The notes under the pieces were generated by a model. That model worked only from the letters and a program-made list of their open reading frames with translations, was not told where the DNA came from and searched no databases. A stretch of DNA of 64,000 nucleotides, taken from assembly GCA_963665115.1 (NCBI GenBank), contig OY762007.1, forward strand, positions 6,496,001 to 6,560,000. Reading direction: 5' to 3'. The position numbers and the translations under genes are program-made. Shown here in pieces: positions 10,525 through 21,975 of this stretch (position 1 is its first letter; every line of letters begins with the position of its first letter). Source of the DNA: an uncultured Rivularia sp. Lineage in GTDB: Bacteria; Cyanobacteriota; Cyanobacteriia; Cyanobacteriales; Nostocaceae.

Positions 10525-12408
10525 TCAGCTAGAAATAAAACTCATATCATTACCAGAATTAACAAACTGCTGATTATAAGTACTTAGCGCTGACTCATCA
10601 AAATCTTCCGTCAATGGTTGGAAAATCTCACCCATTTTACCCATCACAGAATCAACCAGCATATTAGCACTTTGTTTAACGCCAATTCCCATTGCGATAG
10701 TTTCTAATTCACCCAATAAATCATCGGCAATTTCGGCTGATTTATCAACAACAACCGACCAATTCCCATTACCAATCACGATACTATTATCGGTATAAAC
10801 TCGGTTTCCGTTTCCAATTACTGTATTGTTATTACCGAAATCCCAGTTACCGTTACCAATAGTTGTATTGTTATCTCCAAAGTTCCAATTACCATTACCA
10901 AGAGTTGTATTGTCACTGCTAGAATCCCAATACCAGTTACCGTTACCAACTGTTTTATTATCAGCAGTAAAATCTAAATGCCAGTTACCATTTCCAACGG
11001 TTGAATTGTTACTTGTACCATCCCAATTCCAGTTAGCGTTACCAATAGTTGCATTTAAACTACCATAATTCCAGTTGGCATTACCGATAACTGCATTATC
11101 ACAACCAAAGTCTTGATTTCCGTTACCAATCGGAATCTCTCCTTCAGGTGTGCTAAATACATTTTCGTTTCCATTGAATGGCAATAAACCATCCAAAGCA
11201 ACATTTAAAATATCAAAGGGGATTTCTTCAGCTAGTGTACCTTCACCAAAAGGATTATATTCACCGCTAGAAAAGGGATTATCATCACCAACTAATCCTT
11301 GAAAAGAGTTTGCGGAATTATTGAAGCTGAACATATCATTACGAAACAGCGTCAACAAGTCATTTGGTGTTTGTAAAGGTGTTTCGTTACCTGCAAAAAC
11401 TTCTGAAGAATTAAGATTTTCGTTAAATTTTAAAAGACTATTTCTAACAGCTTTTAAAGTTTCACTAGTTGACTGACTGGGTATGGAGCTATAACCATCA
11501 TCACCTTCACTAGCGTTGAGGAATGGTAAATCTTCACCGAAAATCATTCCTAACATATCAAAGGATGGTGAAGATTCCCCATTATCATTTTCAGCAAAAG
11601 GATTTTCACCTTCTCCACCAGCGAAAGGATTTTCACCTTCTCCACCAGCGAATGGATTTGCACCTTCTCCACCAGCAAAAGGATTTTCACCTTCTTTACC
11701 AGCGAATGGATTTTCACCTTCTCCACCAGCGAAAGGATTTGCACCTTCTCCACCAACGAATGGATTCTCACTACTATCGGCTGTAGGATTGAAATCTTCT
11801 ACAACAGAATTTTCATTTTCGCTCTCTACTGTAGGATTAAAATCTTCTACAACAGAATTTTCATTTTCGCTCTCTACTGTAGGATTAAAATCTTCTACAA
11901 TAGGATTTTCTTCTTCACTATTAGTAGATGAATTTTCAACTTCACTATCTACAACAGGAATTTCATCTTCAACAGATTTAATATCATCTACAATATCTTG
12001 TGAAGGTAAAGGAGAATTTTCATAACCTTGTGGTGGAGTAAATTCTCCTTCCCCAAAGGGATTCTCACCATCAGCAAAAGGATTTTCTTCTGTAAAGGGA
12101 TTACCTGTTGATTCTTCTTCAGTTTCATCCAAAGGTAATCGATCGCGCAGTTTATCAAAAAGAGAATTAATTCTTTCGTCAACATTAGCTTTTGCTTCGG
12201 AAGTTAGCGACTCTTCCGTAGTTTCATCATCAATTATCCATTGTCCGTTACCGATAACAACATTGCCAATATTAAGAGCAGATTTTATTCCACCCTGCAA
12301 TATATTGTCACTAATTGAAAAAGAACTACTAGTACTGATTAATGAACCTGTAAAATCAATACCTTGGTCATTAATTTGATTAATTGAATTTGATTCAGCA
12401 GATTCCAT
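10525..12408 (-). CDS. Uncharacterised acidic repeat protein with NPF repeats and a GNGNW beta-roll-like domain
   Basis: 627-aa ORF with AGGA RBS; 7x GEGENPFAG-like, 3x VEDFNPTVESENENSV-like and 9x (I/V/L)GN(G/A)Nx repeats. No signal peptide seen. Confidence 0.85.
   Translation of the reverse strand: MESAESNSINQINDQGIDFTGSLISTSSSFSISDNILQGGIKSALNIGNVVIGNGQWIIDDETTEESLTSEAKANVDERINSLFDKLRDRLPLDETEEESTGNPFTEENPFADGENPFGEGEFTPPQGYENSPLPSQDIVDDIKSVEDEIPVVDSEVENSSTNSEEENPIVEDFNPTVESENENSVVEDFNPTVESENENSVVEDFNPTADSSENPFVGGEGANPFAGGEGENPFAGKEGENPFAGGEGANPFAGGEGENPFAGGEGENPFAENDNGESSPSFDMLGMIFGEDLPFLNASEGDDGYSSIPSQSTSETLKAVRNSLLKFNENLNSSEVFAGNETPLQTPNDLLTLFRNDMFSFNNSANSFQGLVGDDNPFSSGEYNPFGEGTLAEEIPFDILNVALDGLLPFNGNENVFSTPEGEIPIGNGNQDFGCDNAVIGNANWNYGSLNATIGNANWNWDGTSNNSTVGNGNWHLDFTADNKTVGNGNWYWDSSSDNTTLGNGNWNFGDNNTTIGNGNWDFGNNNTVIGNGNRVYTDNSIVIGNGNWSVVVDKSAEIADDLLGELETIAMGIGVKQSANMLVDSVMGKMGEIFQPLTEDFDESALSTYNQQFVNSGNDMSFISS
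11590..11910 (-). repeat. Coding tandem repeats: 27-bp (about 7 copies) and 48-bp (about 3 copies)
   Basis: Repeated ggattttcaccttctccaccagc and tgtaggattaaaatcttctacaac units. Confidence 0.9.
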
Positions 12409-12786
12409 TTATTATTATTCCTGTAAAAGTAAAATAACGTTATTTCTATAAAATATAGTAATCCGATATCATTAATAAGTATTTAAAGTTTTGAATAATT
12501 CGGTTATTTTTAATAAGATTAATTTGTTATTATTCTAACCTATCTATCACTATTAAATACAATTATTGCCCTTAATTAATATCTATAAAAAATGTAGAGA
12601 CGTAGCAATACCGCGCCTCTACAGTGCGACTATGAGCAACAAAATGTTGGTAAAGAATTGATTTACTTTCAATTATGATTCTTCATTACTCAGCATGGTC
12701 AAAGAATCAAATTATTTTCAATCGGCATCATATAGTTACCTAAATCTGAATTCAATTCTGAGAAAAGATTAAAATCAGAGGATCGA

Positions 12787-13449
12787 TTAAGCGCCGAAAC
12801 CACCACCACCGAATGATGGCATTCCGCCGCCACCGAATGGGCTTCCACCGCCACCCATGTCGCCGCCGCCAAATGGGTTTCCGCCGCCACCCATGTCGCC
12901 ACCGCCAAATGGGTTTCCGCCGCCACCCATGTCGCCGCTGCCAAATGGGTTTCCGCCGCCACCCATGTCGCCGCTGCCAAATGGGTTTCCGCCGTCACCC
13001 ATGTCGCCACCGCCAAATGGGTTTCCGCCGTCACCCATGTCGCCACCGCCAAATGGATTACCGCCGCCACCCATGTCGCCACCGCCGAATGGATTGCCGC
13101 CGCCACCCATGTCGCCACCGCCAAATGGATTACCGCCGCCACCCATGTCGCCGCCGCCGAAATCGCTGCCGAAACTACTCTCAGTAGGGTTTACACCACC
13201 AGCGAATATATTCCAGAAATTATCTCCAGCAAAAGGATTGCCGTTATAAGGTAATTCACTCATATCCATATCAGATGGAGGACCACCTTCACCACTGCCA
13301 CCGAAAGGATTTCCACCACCCTCAGAATCGCCGCTACTAAGACCGCCGAATATATCTTCAATTCCTATATTTTCTCCATCTGCACCTTGTATCTCAAGTA
13401 GACGAGAAAACGGACCGATATTCGGTTGACTGTTCATATCTTCTTCCAT
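12787..13449 (-). CDS. Uncharacterised Gly-rich protein with (GGGGNPFGGGDM)n repeats
   Basis: ATG at 13449 (MEEDMNSQ) follows an AGGAG RBS and is preferred to the TTG at 13500. Most differences between repeat units are synonymous in this frame. Confidence 0.85.
   Translation of the reverse strand: MEEDMNSQPNIGPFSRLLEIQGADGENIGIEDIFGGLSSGDSEGGGNPFGGSGEGGPPSDMDMSELPYNGNPFAGDNFWNIFAGGVNPTESSFGSDFGGGDMGGGGNPFGGGDMGGGGNPFGGGDMGGGGNPFGGGDMGDGGNPFGGGDMGDGGNPFGSGDMGGGGNPFGSGDMGGGGNPFGGGDMGGGGNPFGGGDMGGGGSPFGGGGMPSFGGGGFGA
12816..13160 (-). repeat. 36-bp coding tandem repeat, about 9 copies
   Basis: ccgccgccacccatgtcgccaccgccaaatgggttt units. Confidence 0.95.
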
Positions 13450-13943
13450 TACAGATAATTCTCCTATGTTGGGACTTGTTTCAATTAAATTAAGAAACAA
13501 ATTATTGAATGTTTCCTAATTTGTTAGAAAGCTAATTTTTTGACCATTTACGAACAAAAATGCTTGATTTAATAAAAGTAAGCTACCTTGATGAATATCT
13601 AAATCTTATTTTAATAATGAAGATGCTGTTCGTATAAAAAACAATAATTTAGATACTTCTTTGCCATCAATTGGATACTCTTTATCTAACATCTACACAC
13701 TAGGCTAATTGATTTATATGTTAAATACTATGAAGAATATTTTGATGATCCTTTCGTTTCTTTAGATATTTTTTTTGATACACAAGCTCAGAAATTATAT
13801 AAAACTTATACCTATCTATAATTATTCGATTAATAAAAATAAAATCTTATGTTTGTTTAGTAAAATAGAAGTACAGCAAATTACAAATAATTTATTTGAT
13901 TTAAATCTAGGCTAAATTAAATTTATGAAAAATATAGTTATTA

Positions 13944-14016
13944 GGTCAAAGGTCAAGGGTTAAAGGTCAAAGGTCAAAGGTTAAAGGTCAAAGGTTAAAG
14001 GTTAAAGGTTAAAGGT
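13944..14016. repeat. STRR heptamer array (GGTCAAA/GGTTAAA)n
   Basis: Directly visible; related arrays at 16826-16869 and 17716-17750. Confidence 0.9.
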
Positions 14017-14063
14017 AATAATTTCTGAGTCCCAATGACCAATGCCCCATCCCTAATAATTTT

Positions 14064-15173
14064 TTACTTCAAAAATTCAGCAAGCTGTTCTAATTTTGTC
14101 CAAGCTTCACCGCTTTTTAAAACGTCTTGAGCAATAGCTACACCTTTAGTACAACGTTCTAAAATATCTTTTCCATCATCAATAGCTTCGCCAACTTCTA
14201 GAGCTAATGCTGTATTTAAAGCAACTACATCTTGTTGAGCTTGAGTGCCTTTTCCTTGTAATACAGCTTGCAAAATATCGGCGTTTTCTTTGACTTCTCC
14301 ACCTTTTAAAGCTGCGATTGGTGCGGGAGTTAAGCCTAATTTTTCTGCCGTCAATTCCAATAATTTGACTTGTCCATTCTCGGCGTTAAGCGAAGCTCTA
14401 CCGAAGGTAATCGCCACATCATTAATATCACCCAAACCCCCTTCATCTAACCTTTCTCGTCCGTGAATGACAATTCCCCGACGAATTCCTAATTGAGATA
14501 AAGCTTGAGCCATTGTTTGCACTAAAAACGGATCGGATACACCGATAACTTGTCCTGTCGGATTCATCGGGTTTACCAAAGGACCAAGCAAGTTAAAAAT
14601 AGTACGTATTTTGAGAGTTTTTCGCAAAGGAGCGACAGGCTTCAAAGCCGGATGCCAACCTGGTGCAAACAAAAATGTTACGCCAATTTCATCAACCGCA
14701 GACCGCACTTTTTTCGGATCTGCTTGTAAATTTATACCTAAAGCTTCCAGTACGTCAGCGGAACCCGTTTTACTAGAAGCAGAACGATTGCCGTGTTTAG
14801 CAACCTTTACTCCCGCAGCAGCAGCAACAAAAGCAACCGCTGTGGAAATATTGAAAGTTGAAGCACCATCTCCACCAGTTCCGCAGGTATCTATCAATGG
14901 GAACTCAGATTGTTGATTCTCGATTCCTCCCAAAGACTGAGATTGCAAAACTTGAGCCATACCGACTAATTCTTCGGAGGAAACTCCTTTAGCTTGAATT
15001 GCAGTCAAAATCCCACCAGAAAGGACTGAAGGAATTTCATCGTTTAGCCATCCTTCTATTAATTCAGTCGCTTGATCGACGCTGAGAGATTCTTTATCTA
15101 GCAGCTGTTGGAGTAAAGTAGACCATCGAGAAGTATCGGCAGCTTGGGAATTGTTAAGTGGGGTTTGAGTCAT
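14064..15173 (-). CDS. trpD: Anthranilate phosphoribosyltransferase
   Basis: [39 protein letters not shown]. Confidence 0.97.
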   Translation of the reverse strand: MTQTPLNNSQAADTSRWSTLLQQLLDKESLSVDQATELIEGWLNDEIPSVLSGGILTAIQAKGVSSEELVGMAQVLQSQSLGGIENQQSEFPLIDTCGTGGDGASTFNISTAVAFVAAAAGVKVAKHGNRSASSKTGSADVLEALGINLQADPKKVRSAVDEIGVTFLFAPGWHPALKPVAPLRKTLKIRTIFNLLGPLVNPMNPTGQVIGVSDPFLVQTMAQALSQLGIRRGIVIHGRERLDEGGLGDINDVAITFGRASLNAENGQVKLLELTAEKLGLTPAPIAALKGGEVKENADILQAVLQGKGTQAQQDVVALNTALALEVGEAIDDGKDILERCTKGVAIAQDVLKSGEAWTKLEQLAEFLK

Positions 15174-15343
15174 GAGATTTTAGATTTTAAATTTTGGATT
15201 TTGGATTGAAAATTCGTTGAAAAACAAAGCGTTGCTAAAAAATATTGATAAATTTGTTTTTTGCTGTCAATTCAAGGTTCGTAGTAAAGACTTTAGTCCT
15301 AATATCTGAGCGATAAATCGCTTACTACGAACCAAGGATTTAC

Positions 15344-16581
15344 CTAAAGATTAATTACTTTAGCTACGGTTTGCACGTCTTTGTCACCTCTACCGGAACA
15401 GTTTATAACTAATTTAGGACTGCCATTTAATTGAGGACAAAGTGTTTCGAGATAAGCAAAAGCATGAGCGGTTTCTAATGCTGGAATAATTCCTTCTAAT
15501 TCCGAAACTTTTCTAAATGCTGCTAAAGCTTCCTCATCGGTAACGCTATAGTATTCGGCGCGATTCATATCTTTGAGAAAACTATGTTCTGGCCCAACTC
15601 CGGGATAGTCCAAACCGGCACTAATTGAATGCGCTTCGATAACTTGTCCGTCGTTGTCTTGCAACAAATAACTCATCGCACCATGCAATACTCCGACTCT
15701 TCCTTTGGTCAAAGTTGCGGCGTGTTTTTCGGTTCCGACACCTTCACCGGCTGCTTCGACTCCAATTAAACGCACGGATTCGTCGTTAACAAATTCGTGA
15801 AACAGTCCCATTGCATTGGAACCACCACCAACGCAAGCTAAAAGAATATCTGGCAATCCTCCCCACTTTTCTTCGCATTGATTGCGAGTTTCTGTACCGA
15901 TGATGGCGTGATAATCGCGTACCAACATTGGGTAAGGATGAGGCCCCCCGCAACGGAACCTAAAATATAGTGTGTTGTTTCTACATTTGTTACCCAATCG
16001 CGGATTGCTTCGGAAGTAGCATCTTTTAAAGTTCCGGTTCCTGCTTCTACCGGACTAACTTCTGCTCCCATCAACCGCATCCGAAATACATTAAGTGCTT
16101 GTCTTTCCATGTCGTGAATGCCCATGAAAATTACGCATTTCAAACCAAAGCGAGCGCAAGCAGTAGCGGTTGCAACACCGTGTTGACCGGCTCCAGTTTC
16201 AGCAATAATTCTTTGCTTACCCATGCGTTTGGCTAACAACACTTGAGCTAAAGCATTATTAATTTTATGAGCGCCGGTATGATTTAAATCTTCACGTTTT
16301 AAGTAGATTTGCGCTCCCGTACCATCAGGTTTAGCGTAATGTTCCGTCAAACGTTCTGCAAAATATAGGGGGCTAGGTCTTCCCACATAATCCCGTAATA
16401 AACCATCTAATTCAGCTTTGAAATCTGGATCTTCACGATACTTAGCATAAGCAGTTTCCAATTCAAGCAAAGCTGGCATTAAAGTTTCGGGAACGTACTT
16501 TCCACCGAATTTTCCGAATCTTCCCAAACTATCGGGACGAGCAACTGATGATTTAGTATTGATGTCTGGAGTGCTGACCAT
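15344..16581 (-). CDS. trpB: Tryptophan synthase beta chain (frame broken at the C6 run 15944-15949)
   Basis: [39 protein letters not shown] in the first frame; [26 protein letters not shown] in the second. Confidence 0.95.
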
Positions 16582-16867
16582 GTTTTAATCCTTTTAGTAA
16601 TTTGAAAATTGTGAATTGAGAATTGGTAATTGGTAATTGGTAATTGGGGGTAGAATTTTTAATCCAAAATCTAAAATCCCTTAATTCCTAACTCCTAACT
16701 CCTAACTGTTCACTGTTCACTGTTCACTGCTAACTGTCTGCGAGAGACTGCGAGTAGTGCAGCAAAACTTGTGAAAGCCAATATGGAAGTAGGTTCTGGT
16801 ACTTATCGAGAGACAAAGAGAATTTTAACCTTTGACCTTTGACCTTTAACCTCTAACCTTTGACCTT

Positions 16868-17684
16868 TTAACTTTTAACTAACTGCTCGCTAGAAATTGC
16901 AGCTTTAAGTTCTTTGCAAAGTTCTTCGAGTGCTTGCAATCCTTCTTCAGGGGTACCGTTTGCTAATCGTTTTACAAATGCACTACCAACGATTACCGCA
17001 TCAGCTCCCCAGTCTTTAGCTTGAGTTGCTTGATCTGTACCGGAAATACCGAAACCAAGACCAATTGCCTTGTCAGTTGTACCGCGCAAATCTTGCAATA
17101 AGTCTTTGACTCGACCTTCTAAACTAGTACGTACACCAGTAACGCCGGTAACACTCACAAGGTAGATAAAACCCTGAGATTGCTTGGCGATCGCGCTGAT
17201 TCTATCTTTAGAACTGGTAGGAGCCACGAGCAAAGTTAGTTCAATTCCAAATTCTTGGGCTGACTGGATCAAATTTTCAGCTTCTTCCAATGGTAAATCG
17301 GGAACTACTAACCCTTTCACACCAACTTCAGCAACTTTTGCTAAAAACTCTTTAATCCCTAAATTCAAAATGGGATTGTAATAAGTAAATAGAATAATTG
17401 GCGCTTGTAATTGGGGAGTTAATGTCTTCAACATCTGTAAAACATCATCCAGCTTCGTACCCTTTGCCAAAGCACGAGTCGCAGCAGCTTGAATTACCGG
17501 GCCCATCTGCTAAAGGATCGGAATAAGGAACCCCCAATTCAATAAAGCTAGCACCATTTTTATCCAAAATTTTCAGTGCTGCTTCAGTAGTTTCTAAATC
17601 CGGATCTCCCGCAGTAATAAACGGAATTAAAGCGCAAGTATTGGATTTTTTTAATTCTTCAAAACGTTGAGATATTGCAGTCAT
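16868..17684 (-). CDS. trpA: Tryptophan synthase alpha chain (+1 base at 17499-17501)
   Basis: IPFITAGDP and [17 protein letters not shown] split across the two frames; SVTGVTG and GFGIS motifs. Start MTAISQRF at 17684. Confidence 0.95.
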
Positions 17685-17797
17685 TTTATTGGTTGTTAGT
17701 TGATAGTTGTTAGTAAGGTTAAAGGTCAAAGGTCAAAGGTTAAAGGTTAAAATTCTCCTTGTCTCCCCATCTCCCCATCTCCCCATCTCCCCACCAC

Positions 17798-18643
17798 TTA
17801 CCCAAGCAGCCGACGCACCGCTTCTTCCACGTCGGGTTGTTTAACTAAGGATTCTCCTACTAAAACGGCACGAGCGCCAGCTTTATTAACGAATTTCAAA
17901 TCATCGGGTGTGTATATACCTGATTCGCCGATCGCGGTAATCCCAAAGCTTTGTAATTGCGACTTTCTTTGAGCAATCAATTTTTCGGTATTAGCTAAAT
18001 TTACGGTAAAATTCTTAAGATTACGATTATTAATCCCTACTAACTTTACGTCAGGAAGTCTTAACACTCTATCCAATTCTGAAGCGGTATGGACTTCTAC
18101 TAAAGCTGTCATCTTCAAGCTGTGAATTACCCGTAAAAAGTCTTTCAACTGTACGTTAGATAAAATAGCTGCAATTAATAGTACCGCATCAGCGCCCGCA
18201 GTTCTAGCTAAATATATTTGATATAAATCGATAATAAATTCTTTGCATAATAGCGGTAATTCTACGCTTTTTCTAACTTTACGTAGGTTGTCAAAACTAC
18301 CTTGAAAAAACTTAGTATCGGTAAGAACTGAAAGGCAAGCAGCCCCGCCTCTTTCATATGCTTGAGCTATGTTTACAGGATCGAAATCTTCCCGAATAAT
18401 TCCTTTACTAGGTGATGCTTTTTTAACTTCGGCAATCAAACTAGGATGCTGGGAATTATCTTTCAAAGCCTTTAAAAAATCCCGTACAGGGGGCGCATCT
18501 TTTAGTTTTTCCTGTACCTCAGCTAAAGGAGTTTCAAATCGCATTTGAGCAACTTCTTGCCTTTTATGCAAGACAATTTCCTCAAGTATGTGTCGGGGCT
18601 TAGTTAGCATATTTATTTTATTGATAGTTGTCACATTATTCAT
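17798..18643 (-). CDS. trpC: Indole-3-glycerol phosphate synthase
   Basis: [35 protein letters not shown]. Confidence 0.97.
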   Translation of the reverse strand: MNNVTTINKINMLTKPRHILEEIVLHKRQEVAQMRFETPLAEVQEKLKDAPPVRDFLKALKDNSQHPSLIAEVKKASPSKGIIREDFDPVNIAQAYERGGAACLSVLTDTKFFQGSFDNLRKVRKSVELPLLCKEFIIDLYQIYLARTAGADAVLLIAAILSNVQLKDFLRVIHSLKMTALVEVHTASELDRVLRLPDVKLVGINNRNLKNFTVNLANTEKLIAQRKSQLQSFGITAIGESGIYTPDDLKFVNKAGARAVLVGESLVKQPDVEEAVRRLLG

Positions 18644-18967
18644 AGTATTACTTTGTAAGAAGAACTAATACGAGCCGATTATTTTTATTGCTTATTGCTA
18701 AGAATTACTTACCGATGCAATAGCGACGTTTATGCAATAGTAAACCAGTACCAATTCTTTCTATAGCAAATATCTATAGCAAATATTGTCTTGGTATTCC
18801 CCGCTTCGGGAACCTTTTGAGGTACTGTAGATGATTTGTTTTGCTAAAAACTTGTTACCAGGTATCAGTCAATAGTTATCAACAAGCAGTGGTTGTTAAT
18901 TTGTTCTGAAATTCAAACTCTAAAACAAATTCTTAACTGGTAACTGCTCACTGATAACTGCTCACTG

Positions 18968-21176
18968 CTAACTGTTCACTGTTAAAATTTCCGAGTCTCC
19001 CGACTTAGTGTATTTGTAAACAACGTTTTTAATCATCGCCAAACCAACTTCTCCCACTAAACTCATGATTGATTCTGGGTGAAACTGTACGGCTGAAATT
19101 GGCAATGTTTTATGTTCGATCGCCATAATTACATCGTCTTCAGACATTGCCGTAATTTTCAAATCTTGAGGAAACTTTTCGGGTAATGCATATAAAGAAT
19201 GATATCTACCAACGGTAAAAGATTCGGGCAAGTCTTTAAACACAACCGAATTAGATTCGGTAACGTTGATCTTTGAAGGTTTACCGTGTTGCGGATAATC
19301 TAAAACTCCTAATTCTCCACCGAAAGCTTCAACAATACCTTGCAATCCCAGACATACGCCAAAAACTGGAATATTACGACGCATACAAGCGGCAACGGAA
19401 GCTTGTACTTTAAAATCACTCGGTCTACCGGGACCAGGAGATAATACGACTAAATCTGGTTTTTCAGTATCAAAAATCTCTTCATCGAAACCGTGACGCA
19501 GTGTTTTGACATCAGCCCCGGTTTGACGCATATAATTCGCTAAGGTGTGAACAAAAGAGTCTTCATGATCGATTAATAAGATGCGTTTTCCCGATTCTAC
19601 GTTGGGAATACTAGCACTCAAAGAATTTGATTTACTATCAATTGCTTTTGCTTTCTCCCCAGCGCGGCGAATTGTCTCAAAAGCAGCGGCAGCTTTGGTT
19701 AAGGTTTCTTGTTCTTCGGCTGCGGGGATAGAGTCATACAATACTGTTGCGCCAACTCGAACTTCTGCAACTGAATCTTTGAGTCGAATTGTCCGCAAAA
19801 CCAAGCCAGTATTCAAATTACCGTTAAAGTTTAACCAGCCTACTGCTCCACCATACCAGCGTCTGGGGGTGCGTTCGTGCTTTTCGAGATACTCAATTGC
19901 TGATTTCTTCGGTGCGCCTGTTACCGTCACTGCCCAAGTATGAGTCAAAAATGCATCTAAAGCGTCAAACTCAGGTCTTAGCGTACCTTCTACATGGTCT
20001 ACCGTATGGATTAAATGACTGTACATTTCAATTTGACGGCGACCGATTACCCGTACCGAACCAGGTTCGCAAACCCGCGATTTATCATTACGATCCACGT
20101 CGGTACACATGGTTAATTCCGATTCGTCTTTAAATGAATTAAGCAGCTGACGAATTTGCTTTTCATCATCCAAAGCATCTCTTCCCCGCGCAATGGTACC
20201 GCTAATCGGACAAGTTTCTACCCGTCTACCATCAACACGAACAAAGATTTCGGGAGAAGAGCCAATAATGTATTCCCCACCTAAATTAAATATAAAGCCG
20301 TAGGGACTGGGATTGATTTGCTGTAAAGTTGTGAATAATTCCGAAGGTGCAGTTTTACTTTCTATAGAAAAGTTTTGCGAAGGTACAACCTCAAATAAAT
20401 CTCCCCTGCGGAAATAATCAAGCGCACCTTCTACCTGTTTGGCATATTCACCCGGTTTATGATCGGATTTTTGAGTCGGGGGAGTAAGCCGCTTACCCCT
20501 ATAATCTATTGATTCACCAGTGCGAGGAAGATTGTCGGTACTATTTCCGCCTGTCTCAAATTCATAGCTCAGACGATAAGCGCGTTGTAAATAGTAGTCA
20601 ACAATTACCAACTCATCGGGTAAATACAGCAGCAAATCTCTTTGATCGTCCCGCACGCTGCAAACGCTGAGAAATCGGTTCAAATTGGAATACTAAATCG
20701 TAACCAAACGCACCATACAGCCCTAAATGTTCATCTTCATCGCTGTAAAAAGCCTGAAGAATATCCCGAATAACTGTAAAAGCTGAAGGTTGCTTACTGC
20801 GTTCTTCTTCAGTAAAAAATTGTTGCGATCGCTTGAGGGCACCAGTAATACTTTCTATATTATTATGAACTTCTGATAATTGCGGATGCTCGGATAAACG
20901 CCCCAACAGCATCGGCAAAAGAATCTTACCTCGTTCGTTCAGCGCCGTAATCGTAAAACCTTTATCTCGCGTCGCAACTTCCAGAGGTGGATTTACGAAT
21001 CCAATAGCCCATCTTTTATATCTTCCCGGATATTCGTAACTACTTTTGAGCAAACCCCCGCGCTTAGAGTCAAGGTGAAATAAAATATCTTCCAAGGCTG
21101 CGTCAATCTCTACATCCGTACCGGTGCGAGATACATTAACACCACCAGCAGTTGTATAAGTAAGATTTTCAATCAT
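18968..21176 (-). CDS. trpE: Fused anthranilate synthase TrpE(G) (+1 base at 20650-20652)
   Basis: [34 protein letters not shown]-terminal glutamine amidotransferase DHEDSF, SPGPG, GVCLG, QFHPES. Confidence 0.95.
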
Positions 21177-21327
21177 GGGCTATCCCTCTGGAATAATTGC
21201 TGAGTTTGCGGTCAAAAAATCAAAATCAACATCTAGGCAAAAGCTATAAATGCATTCACCTTGATAGGTTTTCAGTTACAAGCTTCACGCATCCATATCG
21301 CGAAACCCAACTGCGATTAATTTATTT

Positions 21328-21386
21328 ATTATATTGACTGTAGACTTTTAACTTAAGATTACTTCTAATTACAAGTAAATTACAAG
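21328..21386 (-). promoter_or_regulatory. Candidate internal promoter for the trp block
   Basis: TATAAT on the minus strand at 21328-21333, with a tandem aattacaag direct repeat further upstream, in a 780-bp gap. Confidence 0.3.
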
Positions 21387-21734
21387 ACTTTCACTACAGT
21401 AAAATTGCTAAAAGGCAGTCCGGTTGAGATACTGTCTATTACCACGTAAGTTATTAATAAATTAGAAAAAACAAAATAAAGGCAGCTTGCCCCAACTCTT
21501 TTAAAACTTCTTACAACTTAAGCCTACTAGATATTGTGTTAGGCATACATGAACAATATTTCGATCGGTCTGTCCAATTTTTAGTTGTTACATAAGTTAA
21601 CTTTGCAAAAAACAAACTGCAAACTATCAGTATTATCGCTAGTATCAAAAGTATGAAAATGCATATATGTCTTCGGTTGGAGATGAGTGATAGGGACAAG
21701 GGGATTTTATTAAACCAACAACTAACTACTAATA

Positions 21735-21975
21735 TTTTTGATTAATTTTAAGGAGTTGTAGAGACGTAAAATTTTACGTCTCCCGACAGTTATGGGAAAA
21801 CCAACCCTTTATAATTTATGCGATCGACTACTATTATTCGACTATTCGACCACATAAGTTTTGCAGGGTAACACATTTGTAGAGGGAGCGTCGGTTGGTT
21901 TTCCCGGAAACGTCGGGAGACGTAGCACTGCTACGTCTCTACAACCTCTCAAAATTAATGTGTTGAAGTACTACT
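21735..21975. repeat. Palindromic dispersed-repeat modules (GAGACGTAGCAnTGCTACGTCTC family)
   Basis: gtagagacgtaaaattttacgtctccc and gggagacgtagcactgctacgtctctac; same core at 12593, 46405-46640 and 52851. Confidence 0.8.

Noticed and set aside
11516..12185. Overlapping repetitive ORFs in other frames
   Set aside because: Shadows of the repeats in the 627-aa gene.
12699..13249. Alternative ORFs (poly-Pro MSPPPNG, RRHPCR, AATWV repeats)
   Set aside because: Shadow frames of the 36-bp repeat; the RBS and synonymous variation support the Gly/NPF frame.
15344..21176. Programmed frameshifting or phase variation in trpA, trpB and trpE
   Set aside because: Runs are short, there is no slippery heptamer or stimulator, and the same insertion pattern appears in unrelated genes.
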